DNA of 64,000 nt from Syntrophorhabdaceae bacterium (GCA_963665295.1 OY762209.1:512001-576000), one strand, 5' to 3'; counted from the first letter of the stretch, positions 1 to 11,092 are shown. Program-made: numbers and translations. Notes: a model not told the origin generated them from the sequence alone.

Positions 1-3000
1 CCGCTTCCGTCAAAGAAATTTATTCCGCTATAACTGCCCTTCTTCCCCCAAACATCAATTCCTCCATATGTTTTTGTTGTACTACCTCCGTATCCACCAG
101 ATACGTATAACTTGCTAGTCGGCGTCGTTGTACCAATGCCCACGTAGCCGTCGCCTGTCCAAGAAAGAGCGGGTGTCATCGCGGAAGCGTTTCCGGGAGA
201 CGTCATTGTTCCGAGCCCCCATCCCCCTGTTCCTGTTTTTGTTGTAGCTCCGATGGCTCCGTATAGAGATCCTGCGGAGGTCATTCCATATGATGCATTT
301 CCGTTGGTGTTATGGCTGTAGATCATGCCGGTAGCAACATCGAGTGCTGATAATGGAGCAGTCGAGCCGATTCCAACGTTGCCACCGTTCGTAATTCGCA
401 TTCTTTCCGCTGAATTTGTTCTTATGTATATGTCAGGGTTGCTTCCGCTTGTTGTCCAGTTAATGTCTGCATCTCCGTAATTATTTACAATTCTGTTGCT
501 TCCACCAGCGATAACAAATTGCTCTTGACTGCTTATTGCTCCGACAACTGTTAGCATAAACCCCGGACTCGTCGTTCCGATTCCGACGTTGCCACCGTCT
601 TGGATCACGACGCTTGAGCTTGAAAAAGCAGAATTGCTGTCCATGAATCCCAAATCACCTGCCGAACTTATTCCCAATTGCCAGGATTCTCCTCCACTGT
701 TTTCTTCAAGATTGAGAGCTTTACTATTGGAATCAGAAAGTATTCCTACTTGTCCGTAATTCCCAGTAACTCCTCCGACATCCAATTTTCCTTGCGGCGT
801 CGTCGTTCCGATGCCGACGTTGCCGCCGTTGAAATAACTGTCCCCATTACTATTAAATTTAATCGCAGTCGTAGTATCAGCTTTAATGCTCATCCAGCCA
901 TAATTGGCAGTACCGGTTGTAAACATAAAAGTATTTTTACCGGCAGTATCAGGACTGAAATAAACAGAATTGCCAACTACATCTAATTTGACCTGCGGAC
1001 TTGTCGTCCCGATGCCGACGTTGCCACCGTTGAAATATGAATTTCCACCCGTGTGAATAAGAACCGTTTGTGCATTGTTGTTGTCGTACATATTAATGAG
1101 ACCTTTTGAAGCAGAGTAGGTCATATCAACCTTGTTATTTGATCCGTCCCAGATATACATGTGTGAGTCGGTTCTAATCGAACTTACAACATCTAATTTC
1201 TGCCCTGGACTCGTCGTTCCGATGCCGATATTGCCACCGCTGGGATTCAGCAAAATCTCATTGCCTGAAATATTTTCTAATATCGTTTTGCCCGAAATAC
1301 TGGCCAAGCCCGAACGGCCAGTATAAAGTTTACTCATAATGCCTAGATCGTTTGTAGAAATAATATGAGGGCTAAGCGAACTTGAATTTGAATATACTTC
1401 CAATTTTCCCGAAGGCGCCGTCGTCCCAATTCCGACGTTGCCGTTACCTTTAAGAACCAAAATATTCGTAACCGCAGTGGCGCCATTATAGTTGGCTGTC
1501 ATATATGACGCTTGATCTGTACTGCTCGGTATCAGTTGCCATTCCATATAGGGAGTGTTGGTATTGCCCGCTCCTTTTAAAGTAATCGCTGGAGCTCCAC
1601 CGGCTGTCGCAGTTGTTACGTACAGTTTTGGATTTCCAGTATCATAAACTTCCAATTTCCCGCCCGGGCTCGTCGTTCCGATTCCGACGGAGCCGCTTGG
1701 ATCAATCCTTACTCTTTCCCCTCCGCTAATTCCATTTCTAAGCGTTCCAAATGTAATCCACTCATCCGCGCCATCAGTAGCAAACGCTTGCCAGGCTGAA
1801 TTACCGCCAAATACATTACCAGCAGTATGACCAATATAATGAGTTACTACGTTTCTTTCTCCAAATGAAAGATTTCCATTCACAGTCAACTTCGCATTCG
1901 GATTCGTCGTCCCTATACCGACGTTACCAGCCGTTGGAACCATTACAATATTATTGCTGCTTCTATCGAAAGTCATGGCTGTCGTACCGCCAACCGTCAG
2001 GGTTAATCCCGGAGAAGCGTTAGCAATAAAATTATAAAAATCAGAATTTGTCGTGTTTGTGAGTTTCAATAAGGTGCCTGCCGTAGAAGATACTTCCAAC
2101 TTCGCGCCCGGACTCGTTGTTCCAATTCCGACGTTGCCGCCACTTAGGATAGTCATTGCTACTGCGTTATTAGTCGCTAACTGCAAAGGATAAGCACCGC
2201 CGTGTCCAAAAACAGCAGCATAGGGAGATGCCCCTGTAATTATTCCTCCGCCAGTACTACTTTCCTGTCCGAGATAGACCGTGCCACCGGTATTTGCAAA
2301 CTGTATATTGGACCTATTTGTTCCTGCTGTAGAAACTAGCCTGATATCAGCAGTGGCATTGCTTATTTGCAGAGAATAAAGCGGATTGGTGGTTCCTATC
2401 CCGACGTTGCCAGCGCTGGTGATTCTGATTCTTTCACTACTGTTTGTACCAAAAATAAGGGGCTGGGCTTCGTTCGTGTTTATAGCAAAGGGAATACCCG
2501 TTCCCTGTGTTTCCATAAACGCCACGGTCGTACTAAATCTGGAACCACTTGGAGACATATATATACCAGCCGATCCGGAAGAACCAAGCCAGAATGAACT
2601 ACGAACATCCAACTTCGTTACCGGATTCGTCGTTCCGATGCCGACGTTGCCGTCGTTTATAACCATCATGGTGTCTCCGCTTCCGCTTGGACGAGTGCTG
2701 CCAGTATGATTATTTTTAAAATATATAATTCCAGCACTTGAAGAAGTAGACAAATACAAATCATTGCCCAATTGTTCAATTGCTCCTGAATTTGCATCAG
2801 TATCATTCAATCTTATCCAGGGGCCAGCACTGTTAGCCACTTCCAAATATGCCTGAGGACTCGTCGTCCCGATGCCGACGTTGCCGTTCTTATCTATCCT
2901 CATTCGTTCTGTTGTTGTATCAACCGGCGAACCCGCGCCAGCGTTTACTTCAAATATTAATTGTCCACCATAACCAGATTGGTTAGCAGTTTTTATTCTA

Positions 3001-6000
3001 GCTAACGTCCAATTATCTGTTCCATTATTTATTCTATATTGTAACGATGCTCCATCTGCTGCCGCTCCCCAAGCAGATTGCAATCTCAAAACATCGGGGT
3101 TACCAGTGCTTAATGAATACACATTCAATAATGTTCCTGGACTTGTCGTTCCGATGCCTACGTTGCCACCTTGAGTAATTCTCATATATTCATTGCCGTT
3201 TGTAACACTACTGAAGATATGAGCAGGATCGGTCGTAGCTGAGTTTTGTCTTAGAATTTGATATCCGGCATATCCATCTTGATAGAATTTGAATCCGTTT
3301 CCACCAGCATCTGTAGAAGTAATATATTCATTAGATCCAACTCCGAAATAGATTGTTCCAACTGTGGAAGAAGAACCAAACTGCGCATCACCCCTCACAT
3401 CAAACAACTTCCCTGGCGCAATTGTTCCGATTCCAACATTACCGCTTCCCAGAATAGTCATCGCAGTAATTCCGTTACTGGCGCTTGAGGCTCGCATGTT
3501 AAAATACAAACGCGCTGACGCGCTGTCATAAACATTTCCAATCATCGTGTGTCCTTGATTGCTTGTCCAAAAACCTAACCCCTCCGTGGGAGAGGCTGTA
3601 TTTGTGGGTGAAATATACAAGCCATTTGCAAAACTGGTGTAAGTATAATTATTGTTATATCCATAAATTTCTTGAGCGCCATTAACAACAAGATTCATAG
3701 TCGGACTCACCGTCCCGATTCCGACGTTGCCAGATGAATTGATAAACATCCGGCTTGAACCATTGGTTCTAAGATACAGATCATATTGAGAATTTCCCAC
3801 AAACAATGCACCATGGGCATTATCATTTGAATAACTTATATCGCCTGTCTCTGTCACACCACCTCTCTTAAATGAAATAACTCCGGCATTTCCTGAATCA
3901 TAAATTGTTAATTTTGACCCCGGACTCGTCGTCCCGATGCCGACGTTGCCGCCGAATATTGTATTTGCCCCTGACGCATTTATGTATAGCGGCTTGGTAA
4001 CAGTATTGGCGGCATTCACAGAATCAATATGATTAGCAGTAAGTCCATTCACATCATTCCTCGCCATGATATACAATCCCAAATCCATACCGGTAGTCGC
4101 CGGGGAAATGAAACTGGCAATACGGATTCCACCCGTTCCGGTTTTTTCAACAGCAAGTGGTGCCCCCGGACTCGTCGTCCCGATACCGACGTTGCCGTTA
4201 TTTACATTTAGACCATTAACTCCTCCAGTAATTAACGAAAGAATATTGGCTCCGGCCGAGCTCATACCAGTGTCCTCATCTCCTACAAATGAAAAGACGG
4301 GATTAGTCGCCGAAGGTGCCTCACCTAAAAGGGTCGGGTAGGTAGCAATGGAACTGCCAAAGTAAGGATTACTGAATTTCCACATATCCGTTCCGGCAAT
4401 TGAAATACGGAAATTATCATCGCTAGCTTCAAATATTCCGCTATCACCATCGCCGAATGCTAAAGTGGGAGTTGTCTGCAACGCTCCTGGTGTTTGATTG
4501 AGATGTAATAATCCATTTGGACTGGTGGTCCCAATTCCGACTTTTCCGTAGGTATTTATGCGCATGGCTTCATGGAAACCCACGCCACCTTCATAGGTAC
4601 TGAAAGCTAGTTGACCACTGTTGGCATAAAGCTCTCTGTAAGATTCAATTTTTGCCAAGTTATAGTTGCTGGAGGTTATATTGGTAAATAGTAATGTACC
4701 AGTAACAGAACTGTTTGAAGTTTGGTTGGCATGAATTGTAAGTGTTGGTTGCGTATCAAAAATTTCCAATTTTGAGGTTGGTCCCGTCGTCCCGATTCCG
4801 ACGTTGTACGAAGTTGAATCCGGATAGAGATTTGATCCAGTGAGGGTCCAAGCTCCTCCACTACTTGAGATGTCTGACCATGATGCATTTCCGGAAGCAT
4901 CAGTGGTGAGATAATATCCAGCCGATGCTCCATTGGTCATTGTGAGAGTAGTGGTATATGTTCTTCCATTGACTTGCAAATTTCCGCTGGATGGGTTGGT
5001 TGTTCCGATTCCAACGTTGCCGTTGCCTAAAATAGTGACTGCATTCACATCTGTTCCGGTATCTCTCATTCTGAAAGTCATTTTTGCTGTAGCGCTGTCA
5101 TATCCATTCGAAAAGATAGCATTTGTTTGCCCGGAATTATCAAAGTAAGCATGGAGTCCGCTTGTTGCAGAGCTGCCCACAGTCAGGCCTTCTGTAATAG
5201 CATCATTAGTCGGAGTGCTTACCTGCAGAGTACTGACGGGCGCAGTTGTCCCGATGCCGACGTTGCCGCCGCTTTGCAAAAACATTGTTATCGTAGAATT
5301 TGCACCTAATTCCAAATCTCCAACAGAAGTTAATCTAATATCATTAGAATCAGTACCCACAATCATCGACCCGGCGCCAGTCACATAATAACCAGTCGTA
5401 TCACGAATGCTTCCTATGACATGTAGCGTATTGCTCGGACTCGTCGTCCCGATTCCGACGTTGCCAGCTGGTGATAAAAGAATATGACCGGTTCCTCCAG
5501 AAGTAGATAGAGTCATATTATTATCATCATGAGCCACTCTTCCGTAATAACCCGCCGTTAAACCCGCACCTCTCAAAGTTATATTTTGTGTAGCCGCAAT
5601 ATTGCCAGCTACGGATAATAAAGCTTGGGTCGGCGCAGTCGTCCCAATTCCGACGTTGCCGCTTGTAAAAATGGTACTGTACCCGCTACGCGGCGTTATG
5701 TCCAAATTAGCTGTTGTATCGTTATACCTCAAAGATGCAGCATAAGTTGTAGCGTTAGTATATGGACCAAGATATAGAACAGCATCGCCCGGACCCGTAC
5801 CGCCCGGCCGCCCAATCAATACTGAAGTGTCTACCGCCAACTTCGCCCCCGGCGCCGTTGTTCCAATCCCGACGTTGTACGAAGTTGAATCCGGATAAAG
5901 ATTTGATCCAGTGAGAGTCCAAGCTCCTCCACTACTTGAGATATCTGACCATGATGCATTTCCGGAAGCATCAGTGGTGAGATAATATCCAGCCGATGCT

Positions 6001-9000
6001 CCATTGGTCATTGTGAGAGTGGTGGTATATGTTCTTCCGTTGACTTGCAAATTTCCGCTGGATGGGTTGGTTGTTCCGATTCCGACGTTGCCATTAGTTG
6101 GAGCTAGCAGAACATTAGTCCCATTAACCTGCCATCTATAAACTAAGTTTGTCTGATCGTATAAACCAAAAGTTGAACCGCCTATTTGAAAATTATAAGT
6201 ATTAGCTGAGGATCTTTGGAACTGTAAGGCATTGGATGTGCTTGAATATATATCTAGCATCGATGCTGGATTCGTCGTTCCGATTCCGACGTTGCCGCCA
6301 CTGGGTTGCAGTAACATATTGTAGGCGGTCGCGGTGCCGTCGATGCGTTGCACTTGTTGGAAAACATCGCCGGTAGCCAAACCTCCAACTAACAAGCCAT
6401 GACCGGAACCGACGGTCACTCCAAGCGACCCTCCATAAACGCCCAGCGCCGGTATGGTGTCCGTGCCCGTTCGGCGGATGTCTAATTTACCGAGCGGGTT
6501 CGTTGTCCCAATCCCGACGTTGCCGTCTGTTTTTATAGTAACTTTTGCCTCTCCAATAACACTTCCGGTTCCAATCTCCAATCTGTCTCCATCTGAATTA
6601 TCCATTCCCAAATGCCAGTATTGAGTTGCATAAGCACCCAAGACATATAACGGATCTCCTGCGCTTGCGCCTCCCACAAAATTGATAATTCTGGAACCTG
6701 AACTAACATTGGTATTATCAGTATTCATCAAATATTCATCCAAGTTTCCACCAACACTTGCCTTGCGAACATCAAGTAATCCTACCGGTGCTGTCGTCCC
6801 GATGCCGACGTTACCGCCTTGAGTAATTCTCATTCTCTCATTAGCATCAGCGTAACCGCCAGTAAAGAGTCTCAATAAGCCTGCCGCATCCGAAGCGGCG
6901 ATGTTAATTCCTCCTGTTCCATTAGCACCAATTTGCATAGCGCCTGCTTGATAAGCCCCATTGGTTGTGTATCCTGAACCATAATTATCTATAAACGCCG
7001 AGCTTGCATTTGTCTGTAAAAGCATTCTGCTATACGCCGCATTGCCAGTGTTTGGATTTTCAATTCCTAGTTCTGCTACAGAATTGGCGTTTTTCCAAAG
7101 ATAAAACATTTGCGCTGGCGCTGTCGTCCCGATGCCGACATTGCCGCCACTGGTAATTCTCATCGCTTCAGCCAAACTTGAAGTTGAATGTGTAGAAAAT
7201 GTCAAAGCAAAAGGATAACTTCCCCAAGCCTCTCTTACCGCTTTTATCTCGGCCCCGCTTGCACCAGTTTCTTGATAAAATTGAAGTGCCTGCGCTTGAC
7301 TGTAGTCACCGCTTGTTTGATTGCCATTTTGAATAGCGATATTGCCGTTCGCAACTTGTAACTTCGCCCCCGGCGCCGTCGTTCCGATTCCGACGTTGCC
7401 GTTATTTACATTTAGACCATTAACCCCTCCAGTAATTAACGAAAGAATATTAGCTCCGGCAGAACTCATACCAGTGTCCTCATCTCCTACAAATGAAAAG
7501 ACGGGATTAGTCGCCGAAGGTGCCTCACCTAAAAGGGTCGGGTAGGTAGCAATGGAACTGCCAAAGTAAGGATTACTGAATTTCCACATATCCGTTCCGG
7601 CAATTGAAATACGGAAATTATCATCGCTAGCTTCAAATATTCCGCTATCACCATCGCCGAATGCTAAAGTGGGAGTTGTCTGCAACGCTCCTGGTGTTTG
7701 ATTGAGATGTAATAATCCATTTGGACTGGTGGTCCCAATTCCGACTTTTCCGTAGGTATTTATGCGCATGGCTTCATGGAAACCCACGCCACCTTCATAG
7801 GTACTGAAAGCTAGTTGACCACTGTTGGCATAAAGCTCTCTGTAAGATTCAATTTTTGCCAAGTTATAGTTGCTGGAGGTTATATTGGTAAATAGTAATG
7901 TACCAGTAACAGAACTGTTTGAAGTTTGGTTGGCATGAATTGTAAGTGTTGGTTGCGTATCAAAAATTTCCAATTTTGAGGTTGGTCCCGTCGTCCCGAT
8001 CCCGACGTTGTACGAAGTTGAATCCGGATAAAGATTTGATCCAGTGAGAGTCCAAGCTCCTCCACTACTTGAGATATCTGACCATGATGCATTTCCGGAA
8101 GCATCAGTGGTAAGATAATATCCAGCCGATGCTCCATTGGTCATTGTGAGAGTGGTGGTATATGTTCTTCCGTTGACTTGCAAATTTCCGCTGGATGGGT
8201 TGGTCGTCCCAATTCCGACGTTGCCACTTTGGTTAATAACCATCACATCATTTCCACTAGATGCTCTAAATTCGAGTGCGCTACCTGTGGAAAGTTGATT
8301 TGTTCCTATGCCCCATCGGTATAAAGAATTGTCATAGAATGTAAGAGCAGCAGAACCACCGTTTGTAGCGGTTTCAATTCTAAGTCCAGTATCTCCGGTA
8401 CTGTTATATAAATGAAGTTTGACAGCCGGACTTGTCGTCCCGATTCCAACGTTGCCGCCGGTTATTGTGGTATTACCACCATTGTTTTCGAGAGCGATGC
8501 CTTTCGCTGAAATTGCCAAGTTCTCCCAAGCCCCACCCGTCCGGTCATACGACTGAATCTGTGAGCGAGTATTGCTTGTGGCATACCACATTTCAAGCCC
8601 CTTGCCCGCGGGCCAAGTCACCACGTCTCCGCGAACAAATAAACTTGAAAGTGCGTTTACTTGTCCATTAACTTCCAGCTTCGCCCCTGGACTCGTCGTC
8701 CCGATGCCGACGTTGCCGGCACTATTTACAACCATTGCCGATGTACCTGACCAATTCCCCAACCTCACACCATTAGTATCAGTCCATAATCCATAACCAG
8801 TAGCTTGTCCTGTAAGTTTAATTTGATTAGCCCCCGTTGAATATACTTCCAGTTTCCCGCCCGGACTTGTCGTCCCAATGCCGACGTTTCCGATTTCTGT
8901 TGCCAAAACCACTTGTCCTGCAGCTGCCAATGATTTGTAATTTCCTGCTCCGCCTCTAGTTCCCAACGCTAAAACATATCCATCAAAGCCAGGCCTACCT

Positions 9001-10622
9001 GCTTGATAGTCAGCTGCACTATTTCCTGTATTCACAATCAAATATGGAGCAGCTGCCCCGATACTATTCCTTACTGCAAAAACATTTGCCGCATCATTTC
9101 CTGTTCCTTCCACAGTTAATTTATAAACCGGACTTGTCGTCCCAATTCCCACGTTGCCACTCCTTTGTAGATACAACACTGTGTCATTTATATCGGCGTT
9201 GCTACTATCGGCTGTATTATCTAACATGAAAGCCAGATTCCCACGATTATAAGACCCGCCAATATCGTCATACACTCCAACTCTCACCTTTGAATAATTT
9301 TGGCCTCGCACCGAATTAAAGTTTAGGGCCTGTCCCAATCCTACGGCACCAGTCGTATCAGTCGTAATAGCAATATTTCCACCCTGAACCTCTAATTTTT
9401 GATACGGCACCGTCGCCCCGATACCCACATTGCCATTCTTATCAATTACCATTTTAGCAGTTCCTAAAGAATCTCCACTATTTGTATAAAATTCTAACTG
9501 ACTTTGTAGTGCAGATGGATCGGCTTGAGTAATCTGCGACCTAATTAAACCTATCGCGGTTTGAGAACTCCAAATACCTGCTCCCGTCTTAAACTGCAAA
9601 TCAGCATAATTCGTAATAGCTTCCGTGGTGGTTTGCAATCTAATTGTTGAACCGGTAGTAGCGGTTACCTCAAGATTTACTCGTGGATCAATCGTTCCGA
9701 TACCAACGTTGCCTTCTATTATCATTCCATTATCAGGAGCGTTGTTTCCTACTGCAAAACCGCTACCAACAGCTATTGAACCGTCATCACCAAACAAAAC
9801 ATTTTTGTCCCCATTGCCATCTTTAAGATAAAGACCGCCGGAATCTACAATGTTGAAATCGTAAAATTTATTGGCATAAGCCGTATTGGTTATTCTTAAT
9901 GTTGGTGAACCGTTTTTTGTTATTTCCAATAAAGCTCCCGGAGCCGTCGTCCCAATTCCCACATTTCCTCCGTCAATCACACTCATCACCGAAGTTGTGC
10001 TATCGAAAAGTTCCAGAATCTTTCCGGTTCCCGATTGCTGAACGCGAAGAGCCGTTCCAGTCCCACCACCGGATCCGTAGACGATGCTCGAAGCACTGTA
10101 TGTTCCCGATGCCGGATTGTAATTTATGTTTGATGCATCATGAGTGGTATCAATGTTGTCAACGTCAAGATATCCGTTGCCGATGAGATTCAGTGAATTG
10201 AAAGAATAGGGAGTAGCACCGATTTTTTTTCTCGGACTCATTTCCGCATCAGACCCAACTGTCACCCCGAGCCAGTAGCTGGCAGAAAAATCAAGATTAA
10301 GCGTGTTGTCTCCGCTTTCACCAAGTAAAGTATTAAAAATTCCGCTGACAGTTGAGATTGATTTCGCCGTTGGAGTACCACAAGTTCCTCTCGCTGTCCA
10401 AACACAGTTTCCGCCACTCACCGCATCATACAAAGTGAGTTTGATGTTATAAGCCGCGTCCGGAACAACCACTCCGCTGCCATTGGTAAGCTTTCCTTGA
10501 TAACTGATTTCTTTCGTTATGGCAGCTTTAGAGTTTGAAACTGCACCAAAAACAAGACATACTGTGACTATCACAGATACAATGACTCTAAGCAATTTTT
10601 GTTTTTCTTTTAGCGTGATCAT
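1..10622 (-). CDS. Giant secreted/surface fibre-like repeat protein (>3,540 aa, 3' end outside the window) with ~41 GNVGIGTTxP modules
   Basis: ATG at 10622 gives MITLKENKKLLRVIVSVIVTVCLVFGAVSNSKA (signal peptide) then AITKEISYQGKLTNGSG...EMSPRKKIGATPYS. The same frame reads GYVGIGTTTP at ~120-149 and is open down to position 3. The ORF track lists no terminated ORF in this frame, consistent with no internal stop. Confidence 0.9.
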   Translation of the reverse strand, partial: MITLKEKQKLLRVIVSVIVTVCLVFGAVSNSKAAITKEISYQGKLTNGSGVVVPDAAYNIKLTLYDAVSGGNCVWTARGTCGTPTAKSISTVSGIFNTLLGESGDNTLNLDFSASYWLGVTVGSDAEMSPRKKIGATPYSFNSLNLIGNGYLDVDNIDTTHDASNINYNPASGTYSASSIVYGSGGGTGTALRVQQSGTGKILELFDSTTSVMSVIDGGNVGIGTTAPGALLEITKNGSPTLRITNTAYANKFYDFNIVDSGGLYLKDGNGDKNVLFGDDGSIAVGSGFAVGNNAPDNGMIIEGNVGIGTIDPRVNLEVTATTGSTIRLQTTTEAITNYADLQFKTGAGIWSSQTAIGLIRSQITQADPSALQSQLEFYTNSGDSLGTAKMVIDKNGNVGIGATVPYQKLEVQGGNIAITTDTTGAVGLGQALNFNSVRGQNYSKVRVGVYDDIGGSYNRGNLAFMLDNTADSSNADINDTVLYLQRSGNVGIGTTSPVYKLTVEGTGNDAANVFAVRNSIGAAAPYLIVNTGNSAADYQAGRPGFDGYVLALGTRGGAGNYKSLAAAGQVVLATEIGNVGIGTTSPGGKLEVYSTGANQIKLTGQATGYGLWTDTNGVRLGNWSGTSAMVVNSAGNVGIGTTSPGAKLEVNGQVNALSSLFVRGDVVTWPAGKGLEMWYATSNTRSQIQSYDRTGGAWENLAISAKGIALENNGGNTTITGGNVGIGTTSPAVKLHLYNSTGDTGLRIETATNGGSAALTFYDNSLYRWGIGTNQLSTGSALEFRASSGNDVMVINQSGNVGIGTTNPSSGNLQVNGRTYTTTLTMTNGASAGYYLTTDASGNASWSDISSSGGAWTLTGSNLYPDSTSYNVGIGTTGPTSKLEIFDTQPTLTIHANQTSNSSVTGTLLFTNITSSNYNLAKIESYRELYANSGQLAFSTYEGGVGFHEAMRINTYGKVGIGTTSPNGLLHLNQTPGALQTTPTLAFGDGDSGIFEASDDNFRISIAGTDMWKFSNPYFGSSIATYPTLLGEAPSATNPVFSFVGDEDTGMSSAGANILSLITGGVNGLNVNNGNVGIGTTAPGAKLQVANGNIAIQNGNQTSGDYSQAQALQFYQETGASGAEIKAVREAWGSYPFALTFSTHSTSSLAEAMRITSGGNVGIGTTAPAQMFYLWKNANSVAELGIENPNTGNAAYSRMLLQTNASSAFIDNYGSGYTTNGAYQAGAMQIGANGTGGINIAASDAAGLLRLFTGGYADANERMRITQGGNVGIGTTAPVGLLDVRKASVGGNLDEYLMNTDNTNVSSGSRIINFVGGASAGDPLYVLGAYATQYWHLGMDNSDGDRLEIGTGSVIGEAKVTIKTDGNVGIGTTNPLGKLDIRRTGTDTIPALGVYGGSLGVTVGSGHGLLVGGLATGDVFQQVQRIDGTATAYNMLLQPSGGNVGIGTTNPASMLDIYSSTSNALQFQRSSANTYNFQIGGSTFGLYDQTNLVYRWQVNGTNVLLAPTNGNVGIGTTNPSSGNLQVNGRTYTTTLTMTNGASAGYYLTTDASGNASWSDISSSGGAWTLTGSNLYPDSTSYNVGIGTTAPGAKLAVDTSVLIGRPGGTGPGDAVLYLGPYTNATTYAASLRYNDTTANLDITPRSGYSTIFTSGNVGIGTTAPTQALLSVAGNIAATQNITLRGAGLTAGYYGRVAHDDNNMTLSTSGGTGHILLSPAGNVGIGTTSPSNTLHVIGSIRDTTGYYVTGAGSMIVGTDSNDIRLTSVGDLELGANSTITMFLQSGGNVGIGTTAPVSTLQVSTPTNDAITEGLTVGSSATSGLHAYFDNSGQTNAIFSNGYDSATAKMTFRMRDTGTDVNAVTILGNGNVGIGTTNPSSGNLQVNGRTYTTTLTMTNGASAGYYLTTDASGNASWSDISSSGGAWTLTGSNLYPDSTSYNVGIGTTGPTSKLEIFDTQPTLTIHANQTSNSSVTGTLLFTNITSSNYNLAKIESYRELYANSGQLAFSTYEGGVGFHEAMRINTYGKVGIGTTSPNGLLHLNQTPGALQTTPTLAFGDGDSGIFEASDDNFRISIAGTDMWKFSNPYFGSSIATYPTLLGEAPSATNPVFSFVGDEDTGMSSAGANILSLITGGVNGLNVNNGNVGIGTTSPGAPLAVEKTGTGGIRIASFISPATTGMDLGLYIMARNDVNGLTANHIDSVNAANTVTKPLYINASGANTIFGGNVGIGTTSPGSKLTIYDSGNAGVISFKRGGVTETGDISYSNDNAHGALFVGNSQYDLYLRTNGSSRMFINSSGNVGIGTVSPTMNLVVNGAQEIYGYNNNYTYTSFANGLYISPTNTASPTEGLGFWTSNQGHTMIGNVYDSASARLYFNMRASSASNGITAMTILGSGNVGIGTIAPGKLFDVRGDAQFGSSSTVGTIYFGVGSNEYITSTDAGGNGFKFYQDGYAGYQILRQNSATTDPAHIFSSVTNGNEYMRITQGGNVGIGTTSPGTLLNVYSLSTGNPDVLRLQSAWGAAADGASLQYRINNGTDNWTLARIKTANQSGYGGQLIFEVNAGAGSPVDTTTERMRIDKNGNVGIGTTSPQAYLEVANSAGPWIRLNDTDANSGAIEQLGNDLYLSTSSSAGIIYFKNNHTGSTRPSGSGDTMMVINDGNVGIGTTNPVTKLDVRSSFWLGSSGSAGIYMSPSGSRFSTTVAFMETQGTGIPFAINTNEAQPLIFGTNSSERIRITSAGNVGIGTTNPLYSLQISNATADIRLVSTAGTNRSNIQFANTGGTVYLGQESSTGGGIITGASPYAAVFGHGGAYPLQLATNNAVAMTILSGGNVGIGTTSPGAKLEVSSTAGTLLKLTNTTNSDFYNFIANASPGLTLTVGGTTAMTFDRSSNNIVMVPTAGNVGIGTTNPNAKLTVNGNLSFGERNVVTHYIGHTAGNVFGGNSAWQAFATDGADEWITFGTLRNGISGGERVRIDPSGSVGIGTTSPGGKLEVYDTGNPKLYVTTATAGGAPAITLKGAGNTNTPYMEWQLIPSSTDQASYMTANYNGATAVTNILVLKGNGNVGIGTTAPSGKLEVYSNSSSLSPHIISTNDLGIMSKLYTGRSGLASISGKTILENISGNEILLNPSGGNIGIGTTSPGQKLDVVSSIRTDSHMYIWDGSNNKVDMTYSASKGLINMYDNNNAQTVLIHTGGNSYFNGGNVGIGTTSPQVKLDVVGNSVYFSPDTAGKNTFMFTTGTANYGWMSIKADTTTAIKFNSNGDSYFNGGNVGIGTTTPQGKLDVGGVTGNYGQVGILSDSNSKALNLEENSGGESWQLGISSAGDLGFMDSNSAFSSSSVVIQDGGNVGIGTTSPGFMLTVVGAISSQEQFVIAGGSNRIVNNYGDADINWTTSGSNPDIYIRTNSAERMRITNGGNVGIGSTAPLSALDVATGMIYSHNTNGNASYGMTSAGSLYGAIGATTKTGTGGWGLGTMTSPGNASAMTPALSWTGDGYVGIGTTTPTSKLYVSGGYGGSTTKTYGGIDVWGKKGSYSGINFFDGS
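4185..5021. repeat. ~835 bp internal duplication, copy 1 (partner 7389-8225)
   Basis: Near-identical sequence at offset 3204 (in frame). Mirrored by near-identical shadow ORFs 4676-4933 and 7880-8137. Confidence 0.95.
5866..6091. repeat. Third copy of one ~225 bp module (also ~4795-5020 and ~7999-8224)
   Basis: acgttgtacgaagttgaatccggata...tttccgctggatgggttgg at offset 1071 from copy 1. Encodes GASAGYYLTTDASGNASWS...GGAWTLTGSNLYPDSTSYNVGIGT. Confidence 0.95.
7389..8225. repeat. ~835 bp internal duplication, copy 2
   Basis: Matches 4185-5021 with only scattered substitutions. Confidence 0.95.
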
Positions 10623-10639
10623 TTACGGTGTGATTTATT

Positions 10640-11092
10640 TCAATTTTTCTTTTTGACCTCCACCGATTTCACTTTCTCCGGAAAATCGGCATAGAGGGTT
10701 ATGTGCCCGTCATTGTCCTCAGAGATGGTGTACTTATTTCTGATCGTCTCGGATCTTTGGTCGTCTCTGATCTTCCAGAAGATCACTCCCCCGACGAGAA
10801 CCAAAAGGAATGCTACCCCCAAGAGTGCGAGTCGCCATTTCAGGCTGAGTGGTTGCTTGGCCTCTTCGGGAGGAATCTCTACATTGAATCTTTGCTGGTA
10901 CTCCTGTTTGGCGATAGCCGCTTGCCGAATGTAATCTTTTAACGCACTCTCAGTGGTGTAGATTTTGCCCCCGACTTTTTCACCGTACATTTTTCCCTTG
11001 CGTACCAAGAGCCCGAGGTATTCTTGGCTATAGGGAGATAACTTTACCGCCTCACGTAGTGAGATCAATTTTGGTTGTTGCTCGTGTGACAT
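10640..11092 (-). CDS. Xis/MerR-like HTH domain protein with a transmembrane helix
   Basis: N-terminal LISLREAVKLSPYSQEYLGLLVRKGK...GGKIYTT and hydrophobic LALLGVAFLLVLVGGVIFW. Ends 17 bp before the giant gene start. Confidence 0.8.
   Translation of the reverse strand: MSHEQQPKLISLREAVKLSPYSQEYLGLLVRKGKMYGEKVGGKIYTTESALKDYIRQAAIAKQEYQQRFNVEIPPEEAKQPLSLKWRLALLGVAFLLVLVGGVIFWKIRDDQRSETIRNKYTISEDNDGHITLYADFPEKVKSVEVKKKN

Noticed and set aside
4185..8225. Near-identical repeats as a diversity-generating retroelement TR/VR pair
   Set aside because: No reverse transcriptase in the window. The differences are few and not obviously adenine-specific, and both copies are internal coding modules.
120..9975. 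Repeat-spacer pattern as a CRISPR array
   Set aside because: Spacers are ~200 bp or more, repeats vary at third codon positions, everything is in frame in one ORF, and no cas genes are present.
678..10186. Short ORFs in the track (e.g. LVVPIPTLP peptides)
   Set aside because: They are antisense or alternate-frame shadows of the giant minus-strand gene.
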